From the NCBI GenBank assembly GCA_000432575.1, contig HF996832.1:4632-68631 (forward strand): 64,000 bases of DNA, read 5' to 3'. A model generated the notes under the pieces. The model was not told where the DNA came from and made no database searches. It saw only the letters and a list, made by a program, of their open reading frames with translations. Both the position numbers and the translations under genes were made by a program. Source of the DNA: Clostridium sp. CAG:762. GTDB lineage: Bacteria > Bacillota_I > Bacilli_A > RF39 > UBA660. Of the stretch, positions 1 to 9,677 are shown in pieces (position 1 is the stretch's first letter; each line of letters opens with the position of its first letter).

Positions 1-1
1 T

Positions 2-817
2 ACTTACATGCCAAGAATGATGATGAATATATTAAATGGTGGTGCTCATGCTGATAATGGTTTGGACTGTCAAGAATTTATGATTATTCCAATGCATAAG
101 GAAATAAATGAGAATGTGAGAATTGGCTCTGAGGTGTTTCATAGTTTGAAACAAATACTTAAAACTGAGAGGTTAAGTACGGGAGTTGGAGATGAAGGGG
201 GATTTGCCCCGAATATAAATAGTACTCTTGAAGCATTAAATTTAATCATGGATGCGATTAAGGCATCTGGTTATGTACCAGGTAAAGATGTATATTTAGC
301 TTTGGATGTCGCAGCAAGTGAATTTTATAATAATGGAGTATATTCATTTGAAGGAAAAAATAGAAAAAAAGAGCAAATGGTTGAGTTCTATGAGTATATT
401 ATAGAAAAATTTCCCATTGTTTCAATCGAAGATGGCATGGCTGAAGATGACTACGAAGGTTGGCAATTATTAACTGAAAGATTAGGGGATAGGATTCAGT
501 TAGTTGGAGACGATTTGTTTGTAACTAATAAAAAGTTATTAGAAGTAGGAATTGAAAAGCATATGGCTAATGCTGTTTTAATAAAATTAAATCAAATAGG
601 TACAGTTACTGAGGCTATAGAAACAATATTACTAGCAAAGAGAAATAAATATAGTACTATAATTTCGCATAGAAGTGGAGAAACAGAGGATACTTTTATT
701 GCAGACTTTGCGGTAGGTTTAAATCTTGGACAAATAAAAACAGGCTCAATGTCTAGGGGTGAACGTATTTGCAAATATAATAGATTAATGAGAATTAATG
801 AAAAATTAAATAAATAG
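2..817 (+). CDS. eno: Enolase (phosphopyruvate hydratase), C-terminal ~270 aa. The 5' end lies outside the window
   Basis: The ORF is open to the left edge. The blocks [45 protein letters not shown] and [16 protein letters not shown] are the canonical enolase active-site blocks. Confidence 0.97.
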   Translation, partial: TYMPRMMMNILNGGAHADNGLDCQEFMIIPMHKEINENVRIGSEVFHSLKQILKTERLSTGVGDEGGFAPNINSTLEALNLIMDAIKASGYVPGKDVYLALDVAASEFYNNGVYSFEGKNRKKEQMVEFYEYIIEKFPIVSIEDGMAEDDYEGWQLLTERLGDRIQLVGDDLFVTNKKLLEVGIEKHMANAVLIKLNQIGTVTEAIETILLAKRNKYSTIISHRSGETEDTFIADFAVGLNLGQIKTGSMSRGERICKYNRLMRINEKLNK

Positions 818-833
818 AAAAGAGGAAATAAAA

Positions 834-2102
834 ATGATACCATTAAAGAAAGCAAATATTTTAATACCACATGATGTGGATATGACTAAGTGGAGTGTTA
901 TTGCTTGTGATCAATACACATCACAAAATGAATACTGGGATAAGGTAAAGGAAATCGTGGGTAATAGTCCATCTACTCTAAATATAACTTTACCTGAAAT
1001 ATATTTAAATGATAGTGATGTGTCCGATAAAATAAAGAAAATAAATGAGAATATGGAAGATTTACTTCAAAGTGGTTGTTTTACTGAATATAAGGATAGT
1101 TTAATTTATCTAGAAAGAACTCAAGATGATGGTAGAGTTAGAAAAGGAATAATCGGTATGGTTGATTTAGAGGATTATTCATATTTAGCAGATTCTACTA
1201 GTTTAATTAAAGCAACTGAAAAGACTGTAGTTGATAGAATTCCACCTAGATTAAGAGTAAGAGAAAATGCTTTGTTGGAAACACCACATGTTATGTTGTT
1301 AATCGATGATCCAAAGAAAGAAATTATTGATAATTTAAATGAAAGTGTTAGTGAAGAAGATAAGATATATGATTTTGACTTGATGTTAAAAGGAGGACAT
1401 GTTAAGGGTTATAAATTAAATGATAATCTAATTGAAGAGATATTTAATAAATTAGAAACTTTTACAGACAAGGAAACATTTGAGAAGAAATATGATGTTA
1501 CTGATAAACCAGTATTGTTATTCTCAGTAGGAGATGGTAATCATTCTTTGGCTACTGCAAAAGCCCACTACGAAAAATTAAAAGAGACATTAAGTAAAGA
1601 AGAATATTTGAATCATCCTGCTCGTTATGCTTTAGTAGAAGTTGTTAATCTTCACAGTGAGGCATTAGAGTTTGAACCAATACATCGTGTTTTGTTTAAT
1701 GTAGATGTAGATGGATTATTAACTGAATTTAAGAATTGTTATCATATCGATGAGAATGATACCGAGGGACAAAGAATAGAATATGTATGTGAAGGTGAAA
1801 GAAAAGTATTATATGTAAAAAGATCATGTACTAATTCTAATTTAGCGGTAGGCACACTACAAAGTTTCTTAGATAATTATTTAAAGAATCATCCTGAAAC
1901 TAAAATAGATTATATTCATGACGATGATGCTACGATTAAACTTGGAAGGGAAAAGGGTAATATTGCTTTCTTGCTTCCTGCTATGTCTAAAAATGAATTA
2001 TTTAGAACGGTTATTCTAGATGGAGCATTACCAAGAAAAACATTCTCAATGGGACATAGTTATGATAAGAGATATTATTTGGAATGTCGTAAGATAAAAT
2101 AA
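834..2102 (+). CDS. DUF1015-family conserved protein
   Basis: 422 aa. The N-terminal KWSVIACDQYTS..EYW block and the central GDGNHSLATAKAHY block match what I recall of DUF1015 proteins. Good RBS (AAGAGGAAA). Confidence 0.6.
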   Translation: MIPLKKANILIPHDVDMTKWSVIACDQYTSQNEYWDKVKEIVGNSPSTLNITLPEIYLNDSDVSDKIKKINENMEDLLQSGCFTEYKDSLIYLERTQDDGRVRKGIIGMVDLEDYSYLADSTSLIKATEKTVVDRIPPRLRVRENALLETPHVMLLIDDPKKEIIDNLNESVSEEDKIYDFDLMLKGGHVKGYKLNDNLIEEIFNKLETFTDKETFEKKYDVTDKPVLLFSVGDGNHSLATAKAHYEKLKETLSKEEYLNHPARYALVEVVNLHSEALEFEPIHRVLFNVDVDGLLTEFKNCYHIDENDTEGQRIEYVCEGERKVLYVKRSCTNSNLAVGTLQSFLDNYLKNHPETKIDYIHDDDATIKLGREKGNIAFLLPAMSKNELFRTVILDGALPRKTFSMGHSYDKRYYLECRKIK

Positions 2103-2103
2103 A

Positions 2104-2127
2104 AGACTAGTTTTCTAGTTTTTTTCT
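2104..2127 (+). terminator. Rho-independent terminator after the DUF1015 gene
   Basis: Hairpin ACTAG-tttt-CTAGT followed by a T-run. Confidence 0.6.
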
Positions 2128-2207
2128 TTTTATTTCAAATTAATTTTACATATTCAAATATTAATGGTAAAATAAAGGTAGATACAAATTTAGATAGGAT
2201 GATGTTT

Positions 2208-3053
2208 ATGATAAAAGGAAAACCATTTGTTAAATGGGCGGGTGGAAAGAGACAAATAATTGATAAGTTAGTTAAATATGTACCAGATGATTTTGATACT
2301 TATTATGAACCATTTATTGGAGGAGGTGCATTACTATTTGAACTTGCACCAAAAAAAGCAGTGATTAATGATTCAAATAAGGAACTTATGAATGTTTATC
2401 TTGTACTATGTGATGATGTAAAATTTAAGAAAATGTGTAGAACTTTAAATAATTACGAAACTAATCATTCTCAGGAATTTTATTATGAATTAAGAGATAA
2501 GGATAAGAATAAAAATACATATAAGAAATTAGCAGATTACACGAGGGCAGCACGTACTATTTATTTAAATAAGGCTTGTTTTAATGGGTTATATCGTGTT
2601 AATAAGAAAAATGAATTTAATGTTCCATTTGGTAAAAAGAGTAAGGTTAATACATATGACGGAGATAACTTAATTACAGTTAGTAATTATTTAACAATGA
2701 ATGATGTTAAAATAACATGTACAGATTTTGAAGAATCATTAAAAAATGTAAAAAAAGGAGATTTTGTTTATTTTGATCCACCATATGATTCAAATACTAC
2801 TACTTTTAATAGTTATACTGAAAATGGTTTTGGAAAGGAAGATCAAAAAAGATTAGCAGAGGTATATAAAAAGTTAGATAAACTTGGGGCATTTGTTATG
2901 TTATCTAATCATAATACGATGTTAGTAAATGATCTTTACAAGGATTATCATATTCATGTTATTGAAGCTAGAAGAAATATAAATTCAAATGGGGAGAAAA
3001 GGGGAAGCGTTGAAGAAGTGATTATAACAAACTATGAAAAGATTAATTGCTAA
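2208..3053 (+). CDS. dpnM: Dam/DpnM-type N6-adenine DNA methyltransferase (GATC). In-frame alternative ATGs at 2199 and 2202
   Basis: FVKWAGGKRQ near the N-terminus and a DPPY catalytic motif late in the protein (FVYFDPPYDS). Size ~282 aa. First gene of a three-gene cassette. Confidence 0.9.
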   Translation: MIKGKPFVKWAGGKRQIIDKLVKYVPDDFDTYYEPFIGGGALLFELAPKKAVINDSNKELMNVYLVLCDDVKFKKMCRTLNNYETNHSQEFYYELRDKDKNKNTYKKLADYTRAARTIYLNKACFNGLYRVNKKNEFNVPFGKKSKVNTYDGDNLITVSNYLTMNDVKITCTDFEESLKNVKKGDFVYFDPPYDSNTTTFNSYTENGFGKEDQKRLAEVYKKLDKLGAFVMLSNHNTMLVNDLYKDYHIHVIEARRNINSNGEKRGSVEEVIITNYEKINC

Positions 3054-3063
3054 GGTAAATACT

Positions 3064-3828
3064 ATGGGTAATTTAAAATATTATTATGAAAAAGATAATT
3101 TTAAACTCGTTTGTGGTGATTCTTTAAAAATACTTAAAAACATTCCTTGTAAAAGCATTGATATGATTTTTGCCGATCCACCTTATTTTTTATCTGGTGA
3201 AGGTATTTCATGTCATGGTGGTAAAATGGTAAGTGTTAAGAAAGGCGTTTGGGATGAGAAAATAGAAATAAAAAAGAAACATAATTTTAATAAGAAATGG
3301 ATTAGATTATGTAAAAATATTTTAAAAGATAATGGTACTATTTGGATAAGTGGGACAATGCATAATATTTATTCAGTAGGCATGGCTTTAGAAGAAGAAG
3401 GATTTAAAATAATTAATAATATAACTTGGAGAAAGTTAAATCCTCCACCAAACATAAGTTGTCGTGCATTTGTCCATTCTACGGAAACGATTTTATGGGC
3501 TAAAAAAGATATAAAAAATGTTAAGCATAAATTTAATTATTCTTTGATGAAAGAGTTAAATGATAATAAACAAATGAAAGATGTTTGGGAGTCATCGCTA
3601 ACAAAACCTAGTGAGAAGAAACAAGGAAGTCATCCAACTCAAAAACCCATTGCTATATTAGAAAGAATAATATTAGCATCTACAGATGAAGGAGATTTAA
3701 TATTAGATCCATTTAATGGAAGCGGAACAACGGGAATCGTTGCAAATAAGTTAAATAGAAAATATATAGGTATTGATAAGGAAAAAGAATACTTGGAACT
3801 TACAATAAGAAGGAAGGAGAATATTTGA
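3064..3828 (+). CDS. dpnA: Second N6-adenine DNA methyltransferase, DpnA-like (beta-class motif order). Alternative start at 3034
   Basis: IFADPPYFLS lies near the N-terminus and HPTQKP plus DPFNGSGTTG near the C-terminus. The RBS-like AAGG is 8 nt before ATG 3064. The TGA stop overlaps the next start. Confidence 0.85.
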   Translation: MGNLKYYYEKDNFKLVCGDSLKILKNIPCKSIDMIFADPPYFLSGEGISCHGGKMVSVKKGVWDEKIEIKKKHNFNKKWIRLCKNILKDNGTIWISGTMHNIYSVGMALEEEGFKIINNITWRKLNPPPNISCRAFVHSTETILWAKKDIKNVKHKFNYSLMKELNDNKQMKDVWESSLTKPSEKKQGSHPTQKPIAILERIILASTDEGDLILDPFNGSGTTGIVANKLNRKYIGIDKEKEYLELTIRRKENI

Positions 3829-4688
3829 TGCAAAGAAATTTTGATGAATGGTTTAAACATTTTAGAAGGGGGATAGCAACATACAATTATTATGTCGATT
3901 TTGCAAAGGTATATAAGAACCTTGATAAGGTTAAAGTAGAACTAAACATATTAAATTCTTTAATTGGAGAAAAAAATATAGAGAGTAAATTTAGTGAAAT
4001 TGTTTTAAAATATCCCGAGACTTTAGAATGTATTCCTTTAATTTTGGCAATTAGATCAAATGAAGTGTTTGTTAAGGATGAAGTAAAAGAATATTTATTC
4101 AAATTTGATAAAATGGTATATTCAATGAATGATTATATTAAATTTATGAGAGAAACTGGATTGTTTGAATTGCTACAAAATCATATTATTAATAATTTAT
4201 ACGATTATGTTCTTGGTGTTGAAGTTGGATCGGATTCAAATACCCGCAAAAACAGAATTGGTGATATTATGGAGGATCTTGTAGAAGGATATATTAAAAA
4301 GGCAGGGTTTGAACGTAATAAGGATTATTTTAAAGAAATGTCTGTTTATGAAATAGAAGAAAAGTGGGGGGTAAACTTAGATAAAATAACAGGAGATAAG
4401 ACTTCTACAAAAAGTTTCGATTTTGTCATCAAAACTGATAATCAAATTTATGTTATAGAAACTAACTTTTATGCTTCGAGCGGGTCAAAATTGAATGAAA
4501 CTGCTAGAAGTTATAAAATGTTAGCATTAGAAGCAAAAGATATAAATGGTGTTACTTTTATTTGGTTTACTGATGGATTTGGTTGGAAAAATGCTAAGAA
4601 TAATTTAAAAGAGACATTTAATGTTATGGAGCATTTATATAATATTCATGATTTAGATATGAATATATTAGATAAAATAATAAAATAA
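3828..4688 (+). CDS. dpnB: DpnII/MboI-type restriction endonuclease (GATC), inferred mainly from cassette synteny and size
   Basis: 286 aa ORF translationally coupled to dpnA (TGATG overlap, RBS GGAAGGAG). No methyltransferase motifs. Gene order and size equal the pneumococcal dpnM-dpnA-dpnB cassette. Confidence 0.75.
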   Translation: MQRNFDEWFKHFRRGIATYNYYVDFAKVYKNLDKVKVELNILNSLIGEKNIESKFSEIVLKYPETLECIPLILAIRSNEVFVKDEVKEYLFKFDKMVYSMNDYIKFMRETGLFELLQNHIINNLYDYVLGVEVGSDSNTRKNRIGDIMEDLVEGYIKKAGFERNKDYFKEMSVYEIEEKWGVNLDKITGDKTSTKSFDFVIKTDNQIYVIETNFYASSGSKLNETARSYKMLALEAKDINGVTFIWFTDGFGWKNAKNNLKETFNVMEHLYNIHDLDMNILDKIIK

Positions 4689-4697
4689 TTAGATAAC

Positions 4698-4723
4698 AAA
4701 AAGGAATCGATTGATTCCTTTTT
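4698..4723. terminator. Bidirectional terminator between convergent genes
   Basis: AAGGAATC-gatt-GATTCCTT, flanked by an A-run and a T-run. Confidence 0.85.
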
Positions 4724-5171
4724 ATATGCTTAATTTATCTAAAATTTCACTTTTTCCATAAATAGTGATGTCAATGTTTTCTAATTTATTTAGATTAAAT
4801 AATTCTTTATCTTTTATCATTTTTTTAACTATTTTATAACTATTATTGATATTATAAATATTATTTGTTTCTATATATAAGCAATTATCTGCTATACGAT
4901 AATTATATTCCATATAATCAGGATAATAACTTACTAAAACCTTAATTCCGTCAATATTATCATCAATAACTTTATCAATCCCATAACTAGAATTATTAAT
5001 AATAATTTTATTAAATTTATCTGTATCATTATTTATCTCTTCAATGCCTTTTTCATATTGATTAGGAACATTATCTAAATAATTGTATTGCATGAATTCA
5101 AAAATACTAATACCTATTCCTAAGCCAATTAGAATCATACTAATTAACATACTAATTAAAATCTTTTTCAT
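4722..5171 (-). CDS. Membrane-anchored hypothetical protein, third gene of the PadR operon
   Basis: 149 aa with an N-terminal TM helix (ILISMLISMILIGLGIGISIF). Sits 2 nt downstream of the DUF1700 gene. Confidence 0.5.
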   Translation of the reverse strand: MKKILISMLISMILIGLGIGISIFEFMQYNYLDNVPNQYEKGIEEINNDTDKFNKIIINNSSYGIDKVIDDNIDGIKVLVSYYPDYMEYNYRIADNCLYIETNNIYNINNSYKIVKKMIKDKELFNLNKLENIDITIYGKSEILDKLSI

Positions 5172-5173
5172 AT

Positions 5174-6040
5174 TTATTTAACCTCTCTTTTAAATATACA
5201 TTTTGTAATAAATATTATTATTGAAATTAGAAAGACAACAAAACCTAAAATAGTAATCATTGGTCCTAAGAGAAATACACTGTCAAAGATAAAACTAATT
5301 ACTAAGCCTAAACATATTAAAGCAAATACTAAAAGTAATACCATTGGGACTACTAAGAAGATAGAGAATATCTTTGTTACAAATATTCCAAATGATATAA
5401 AGAATTCTAGAATACTACTATCTTTAGTAGTTTCTTTTTTGTTTTTAACTTTTACATTTTCAAAAACAGGTTTATCCTCTTTAATTTTAATTTTCTTTTC
5501 CCTTTTGTTCTTTTTAAATATACTCATAAACATCATAATAGCAATAATAATATAAGATATTTCTAGTACTAGAGTCCAAAGAAAAGTTAATATATCATCA
5601 ATAGGACTAGGAAATATTTCTAAAATCATATGACCAATACCTAGTATTAAGTAGTAGGGTAATCTTAAAATAAATATTAGAATGATAATAGCAAAAACTT
5701 TAAAAATCATATTTAATATTTCTTCGGCAGTATCATTACTAAAATTAGATATAATATTTTTAAGCCAATTAGATATTTTGCTGACATAATTACTAACTAC
5801 ATCTTCAAAACTATTAGTATTTTCATAAGATATTTTGTAAGCATCAAGTATTTCATTGCATAATTCATCAATATTTCCAAAACTTTTAATGGCATCTTCT
5901 TCACTATAACCATTTTTTATCTTTTCATTGATATTATCTTCATATTCCCTGATAATATCTTCTACTTCTTCTTTTTTTAAAATTTTTAATTTCTTTCTTA
6001 ATTCGTTAAAAAACTCATTTTTTTTCATTTTTTTCACCAC
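5174..6040 (-). CDS. DUF1700-type membrane protein (PadR-associated)
   Basis: N-terminus EFFNELRKKLKILKKEEVEDIIREYEDNINE...SEEDAIKSFGNIDEL, followed by several TM helices. Overlaps the PadR gene's stop codon. Confidence 0.7.
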   Translation of the reverse strand: MVKKMKKNEFFNELRKKLKILKKEEVEDIIREYEDNINEKIKNGYSEEDAIKSFGNIDELCNEILDAYKISYENTNSFEDVVSNYVSKISNWLKNIISNFSNDTAEEILNMIFKVFAIIILIFILRLPYYLILGIGHMILEIFPSPIDDILTFLWTLVLEISYIIIAIMMFMSIFKKNKREKKIKIKEDKPVFENVKVKNKKETTKDSSILEFFISFGIFVTKIFSIFLVVPMVLLLVFALICLGLVISFIFDSVFLLGPMITILGFVVFLISIIIFITKCIFKREVK

Positions 6041-6344
6041 TTTCTAAAAAATCATTTACTTTCTTATTAAATAATTTCCAACTATTATATAATTCATTAT
6101 GCCTAACTATTCCTTTATCTGTAATAGTGTAGTATTTTCTAGCAGGTCCTCCACTGGACTCTTGATAATATGTTTCAAAATAAAATTCATTAGTTAATCT
6201 TTTTAAAAGAGGATATATTGTCCCTTCATTAACATCAATAATCTTACTAACTTGTTGAACTAATTCATATCCATATATATCTTGTTCTTTTACTAGACTT
6301 AATACAATTAATTCTAATACACCTTTTTTAAATTGAGTATCCAT
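6015..6344 (-). CDS. PadR-family transcriptional regulator
   Basis: MDTQFKKGVLELIVLSLVKEQDIYGYELVQQV...GTIYPLLKRL is the PadR winged-helix signature. ATG 6344 is preceded by GGAG. The longer ORF-track start at 6392 was rejected. Confidence 0.9.
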   Translation of the reverse strand: MDTQFKKGVLELIVLSLVKEQDIYGYELVQQVSKIIDVNEGTIYPLLKRLTNEFYFETYYQESSGGPARKYYTITDKGIVRHNELYNSWKLFNKKVNDFLESGEKNEKK

Positions 6345-6461
6345 ATTTCTCCTTTCACCTGTATTATATAACCAACTACTATGTATTGTCAAGTAATAAA
6401 TTGTAATATTAAAATAAAAAAAGAAATCTTTTAATATTGTTCCTATATATAGTTATTATTT

Positions 6462-6490
6462 TTGATAATATTAAGAAATTATGATATTAT
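6462..6490 (+). promoter_or_regulatory. Sigma-A-like promoter of an orphan short transcript
   Basis: TTGATA-17 nt-TATTAT. Confidence 0.45.
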
Positions 6491-6579
6491 TAGTATGTAA
6501 GCAAGAAATCTTGCATAAAATAAAAAAAGAGGAGCATTTGATTTTGCAAGTAAATGTCGCCTCTAAAAATATTGAGTTG

Positions 6580-6616
6580 GACACTCTATAAATACTTGAG
6601 AGTGTCTATTTTTTTA
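6580..6616 (+). terminator. Strong rho-independent terminator with no annotated upstream gene
   Basis: GACACTCT-11 nt loop-AGAGTGTC followed by TATTTTTTT. Confidence 0.75.
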
Positions 6617-6711
6617 TCGCTAACACCAGTAAGGTAGAAAGATAATAAAATGATTATATGAGCTTTAAAACCTTTATTATAAACAAAAAAATCTAATTAA
6701 TTTCTGTAAGA

Positions 6712-7755
6712 TTATTTTATATTTTTCCTTTCTTCTAAAAGACTATTTCTATATATATTTATTCTATCTAATATTTTATTTAGTGATTCTCTATCTAGTT
6801 TTAAATTAATTATTTTTAAAGCATTTTCTAGTGATATATTATAATTCATTATTTCTTTATTTAATCTTTTTAAGTTTGCTAAGAAGCTCTTATCTTTTTT
6901 ATATTCTATATAATTATATAAAGAGATTATAGCAATAGAATAATGATAACATAATCTTATATCATTTTTACCTTTATTAAATAACTCTAGTGCTTTATTA
7001 TAGCTTTTGTCTTCCTTATATAATAATAAATAATTCTCTTTATTAACACTACCTAAGAGGTAATAAAGAAGAGTTATTTTTATTATGTAGTAACTAAAGT
7101 TTAAGATACTATAAAGATTTTGATATTCCATTATCTTAAATATTTTTGCTTCTTCTTCATAACCAATATTTTCTAAGTAGTCAATATATAATAATTCTTC
7201 AGTGTATGCAATTAATTCAGTTAGTATATCATTTACTTCATGTCTTTTTTCTTTAGGCTGATTTTTGTAGTGGCTTATTTCGTGAACCCATATTATAGAA
7301 TCGATTAGTAAGCCATTGTTATAAACATTTATAGCTTTATGGAAATTCCTAGATATTATAATATTTTCCTTTGTTTTTGGTTTAAACCATCTCTCCTCAC
7401 AAAGAATATAATTATTGTTACCATAAGTGAGTTGTGAAGTAGCATCTATAGGCTCGTTTGTTTCTAAAATATTTAATGTTCCATTTTTTTCGATATCATT
7501 CACTTTAAAATTTATTCCTAGACTTTTATAAAAATCATTTATCAAGTGTGTTTTTTCTACATAATCTTTTCTAGTCATGTTTCTTAAATCTTTGGTATCA
7601 ATATCTAGTTTTTCTAAATTATCATATAGAAAAGATATCAGTATGTAAATATTCTTTAAGTTATTTAGAAATATTTTATTTTCATTATAACTAGTATTAA
7701 AAAGATTTTTTAAGAATTCGTTTATTTCTTTTTCTATTGTGTTTTCTTTATCCAT
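6712..7755 (-). CDS. Putative zinc metalloprotease (HExxH), family not recognised
   Basis: 347 aa counted from ATG 7755 (RBS AAGGAG). Contains WVHEISHY, with glutamates downstream (TELIAYTEE). Confidence 0.5.
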   Translation of the reverse strand: MDKENTIEKEINEFLKNLFNTSYNENKIFLNNLKNIYILISFLYDNLEKLDIDTKDLRNMTRKDYVEKTHLINDFYKSLGINFKVNDIEKNGTLNILETNEPIDATSQLTYGNNNYILCEERWFKPKTKENIIISRNFHKAINVYNNGLLIDSIIWVHEISHYKNQPKEKRHEVNDILTELIAYTEELLYIDYLENIGYEEEAKIFKIMEYQNLYSILNFSYYIIKITLLYYLLGSVNKENYLLLYKEDKSYNKALELFNKGKNDIRLCYHYSIAIISLYNYIEYKKDKSFLANLKRLNKEIMNYNISLENALKIINLKLDRESLNKILDRINIYRNSLLEERKNIK

Positions 7756-7883
7756 ATGAATCTCCTTTGTGTCATTGTAGCATACTTTATATGATAAGTA
7801 AATGTTTAAAAAAAGTTCTAATGCATTAAAACGCGTGAGCAACTAAGAAATGAAAGTAAATTTTCTTAAATTTAATATTATTA

Positions 7884-7912
7884 ATTTACAACTTAATTTA
7901 TACATGATACAA
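7884..7912 (+). promoter_or_regulatory. Sigma-A-like promoter of gatCAB
   Basis: TTTACA-17 nt-TACAAT. Confidence 0.6.
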
Positions 7913-7937
7913 TATTAGGGTAATTAAGGAGGAGAGT

Positions 7938-8225
7938 ATGAATATAAATATTAGTGATTTAAAAGATTATGCTCATAAATTAATGTTTGATATGGATGAT
8001 TTAGAGTATGAGACATTGTTAAAGGAATTTGATGTTGTTTTGAAACAGATGGATATTATATCTAAATTTGATAATATTGATAAGATAGAACCTATGGTTT
8101 TGCCTTTTCCTATTGAGGTTAATTTAAGAAGTGATAATTTAGTCGAGGTATTAGCAAGGGAAGATGTTTTAAAAAATGCTAAGGAAATAGAAAATGATCA
8201 AGTAAAGGTACCAAAGGTGGTTTAA
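7938..8225 (+). CDS. gatC: Glu/Asp-tRNA amidotransferase subunit C
   Basis: 95 aa, sits immediately upstream of gatA. RBS AAGGAGG. Confidence 0.9.
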   Translation: MNINISDLKDYAHKLMFDMDDLEYETLLKEFDVVLKQMDIISKFDNIDKIEPMVLPFPIEVNLRSDNLVEVLAREDVLKNAKEIENDQVKVPKVV

Positions 8226-9677
8226 ATGAAGTATGATAATTTAAGTGTATTGGAATTAAGGAAGTTACTGGATAATAAGGAAGTTACTACTTTAGAATTA
8301 TTTAATAATTCAAGAAGATTAGCAATGAAACTTAATGAGGATTATAATAATTTTGTAACTATTTTAGATAAGTTAGAATATAATCCTAATAAAAATAGTT
8401 TATTAAATGGTATTCCTTATGCTTTAAAGGATAATTTTTCTACTAAGGATATTTTAACTACGGGCTCTTCTAATATTTTAAAAGATTATATACCTATTTA
8501 TAATTCTACTGTATATCAAAAATTAATTGATGCGGGATGTGTTTTGGTTGGAAAAACTACTTTGGATGAACTTGCTATGGGTGGAACTGGAACAACATGT
8601 CATACGGGAGTAGTTAGGAATATTTGGGATAAAAAGAGAATGGTAGGTGGATCTTCATCTGGAAGTGCTAATGCCGTTGCTTCAGGTATTGTTCCTTTTG
8701 CTATCGGTTCTGATACAGGTGATTCGGTTAGAAAACCTGCTTCATATGTTGGAATAGTTGGTTTTAAACCGACATATGGCAGAATTTCAAGATATGGTTT
8801 ATTTGCTTTTGCATCTTCTTTGGATCATGTGGGAATATTTGCTAGAAATGTTAAGGATGTAGCCATAGTTACTGATGTATTAAAGGGTAAGGATACAAAT
8901 GATATGACTAGTTTGGAAGATGATAATATTAAATATGCAGATAATTTAGATAATGAGATAAAAGGAAGAAAATTATTTTATATTAAAGAGGTAATTAGTG
9001 TTAAAACAAATAATAAGGAAACTGAAGAGATAATTAAGAAATTTATGGATAATATTGATAAATTAAGAGAATTAGGTTTTGTTATTGAGGAAGTTAGTAT
9101 CGATAAGAAATTACTTGAGGCAGTATATCCTACTTATAATATTATTTCTTGTGCGGAGGCTACTTCTAATAATGCTAATTTAACTGGTATTTTATATGGT
9201 CCTAGAAGTGATAAGGATAATATTAATGATATGATATTTGATGCTAGGACTAAGGGTTTTAGTGAGTTAATAAAGAGAAGATTTGTTATTGGAAGTTATG
9301 TTTTACAAAAAGAAAACCAAGATAAGTTATTTTTAAATGCTTGTCGTGTAAGAAGGATAATTGTTGATAAGATAAATGATTTATTTAAGGAATATGATGG
9401 ATATATTTTACCAACATGTGGAATTGCCCCTTTATTAGAGGATGCTAGTGATAAGTTAACAGAAGAATATTTGATTTTAGAAAATCACCTACAAATAGGT
9501 AACTTTGGAGGATTTCCTTCGATTACTATTCCTTGTGGTTATGTTAATAATATGCCTATTTCGATTAATCTAACTGGTAGAGCAAAAGAAGATAGTTTGG
9601 TATTAAATATGGCTTATCATATTTCTAATAAGTTAGGTAATCATGATATTATTGCAAGGAGGGATAATGATGTATAA
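8226..9677 (+). CDS. gatA: Glu-tRNA(Gln) amidotransferase subunit A (amidase signature family)
   Basis: GGSSSGSANAVASG and GSDTGDSVRKPAS amidase-signature blocks. 483 aa. Confidence 0.95.
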   Translation: MKYDNLSVLELRKLLDNKEVTTLELFNNSRRLAMKLNEDYNNFVTILDKLEYNPNKNSLLNGIPYALKDNFSTKDILTTGSSNILKDYIPIYNSTVYQKLIDAGCVLVGKTTLDELAMGGTGTTCHTGVVRNIWDKKRMVGGSSSGSANAVASGIVPFAIGSDTGDSVRKPASYVGIVGFKPTYGRISRYGLFAFASSLDHVGIFARNVKDVAIVTDVLKGKDTNDMTSLEDDNIKYADNLDNEIKGRKLFYIKEVISVKTNNKETEEIIKKFMDNIDKLRELGFVIEEVSIDKKLLEAVYPTYNIISCAEATSNNANLTGILYGPRSDKDNINDMIFDARTKGFSELIKRRFVIGSYVLQKENQDKLFLNACRVRRIIVDKINDLFKEYDGYILPTCGIAPLLEDASDKLTEEYLILENHLQIGNFGGFPSITIPCGYVNNMPISINLTGRAKEDSLVLNMAYHISNKLGNHDIIARRDNDV

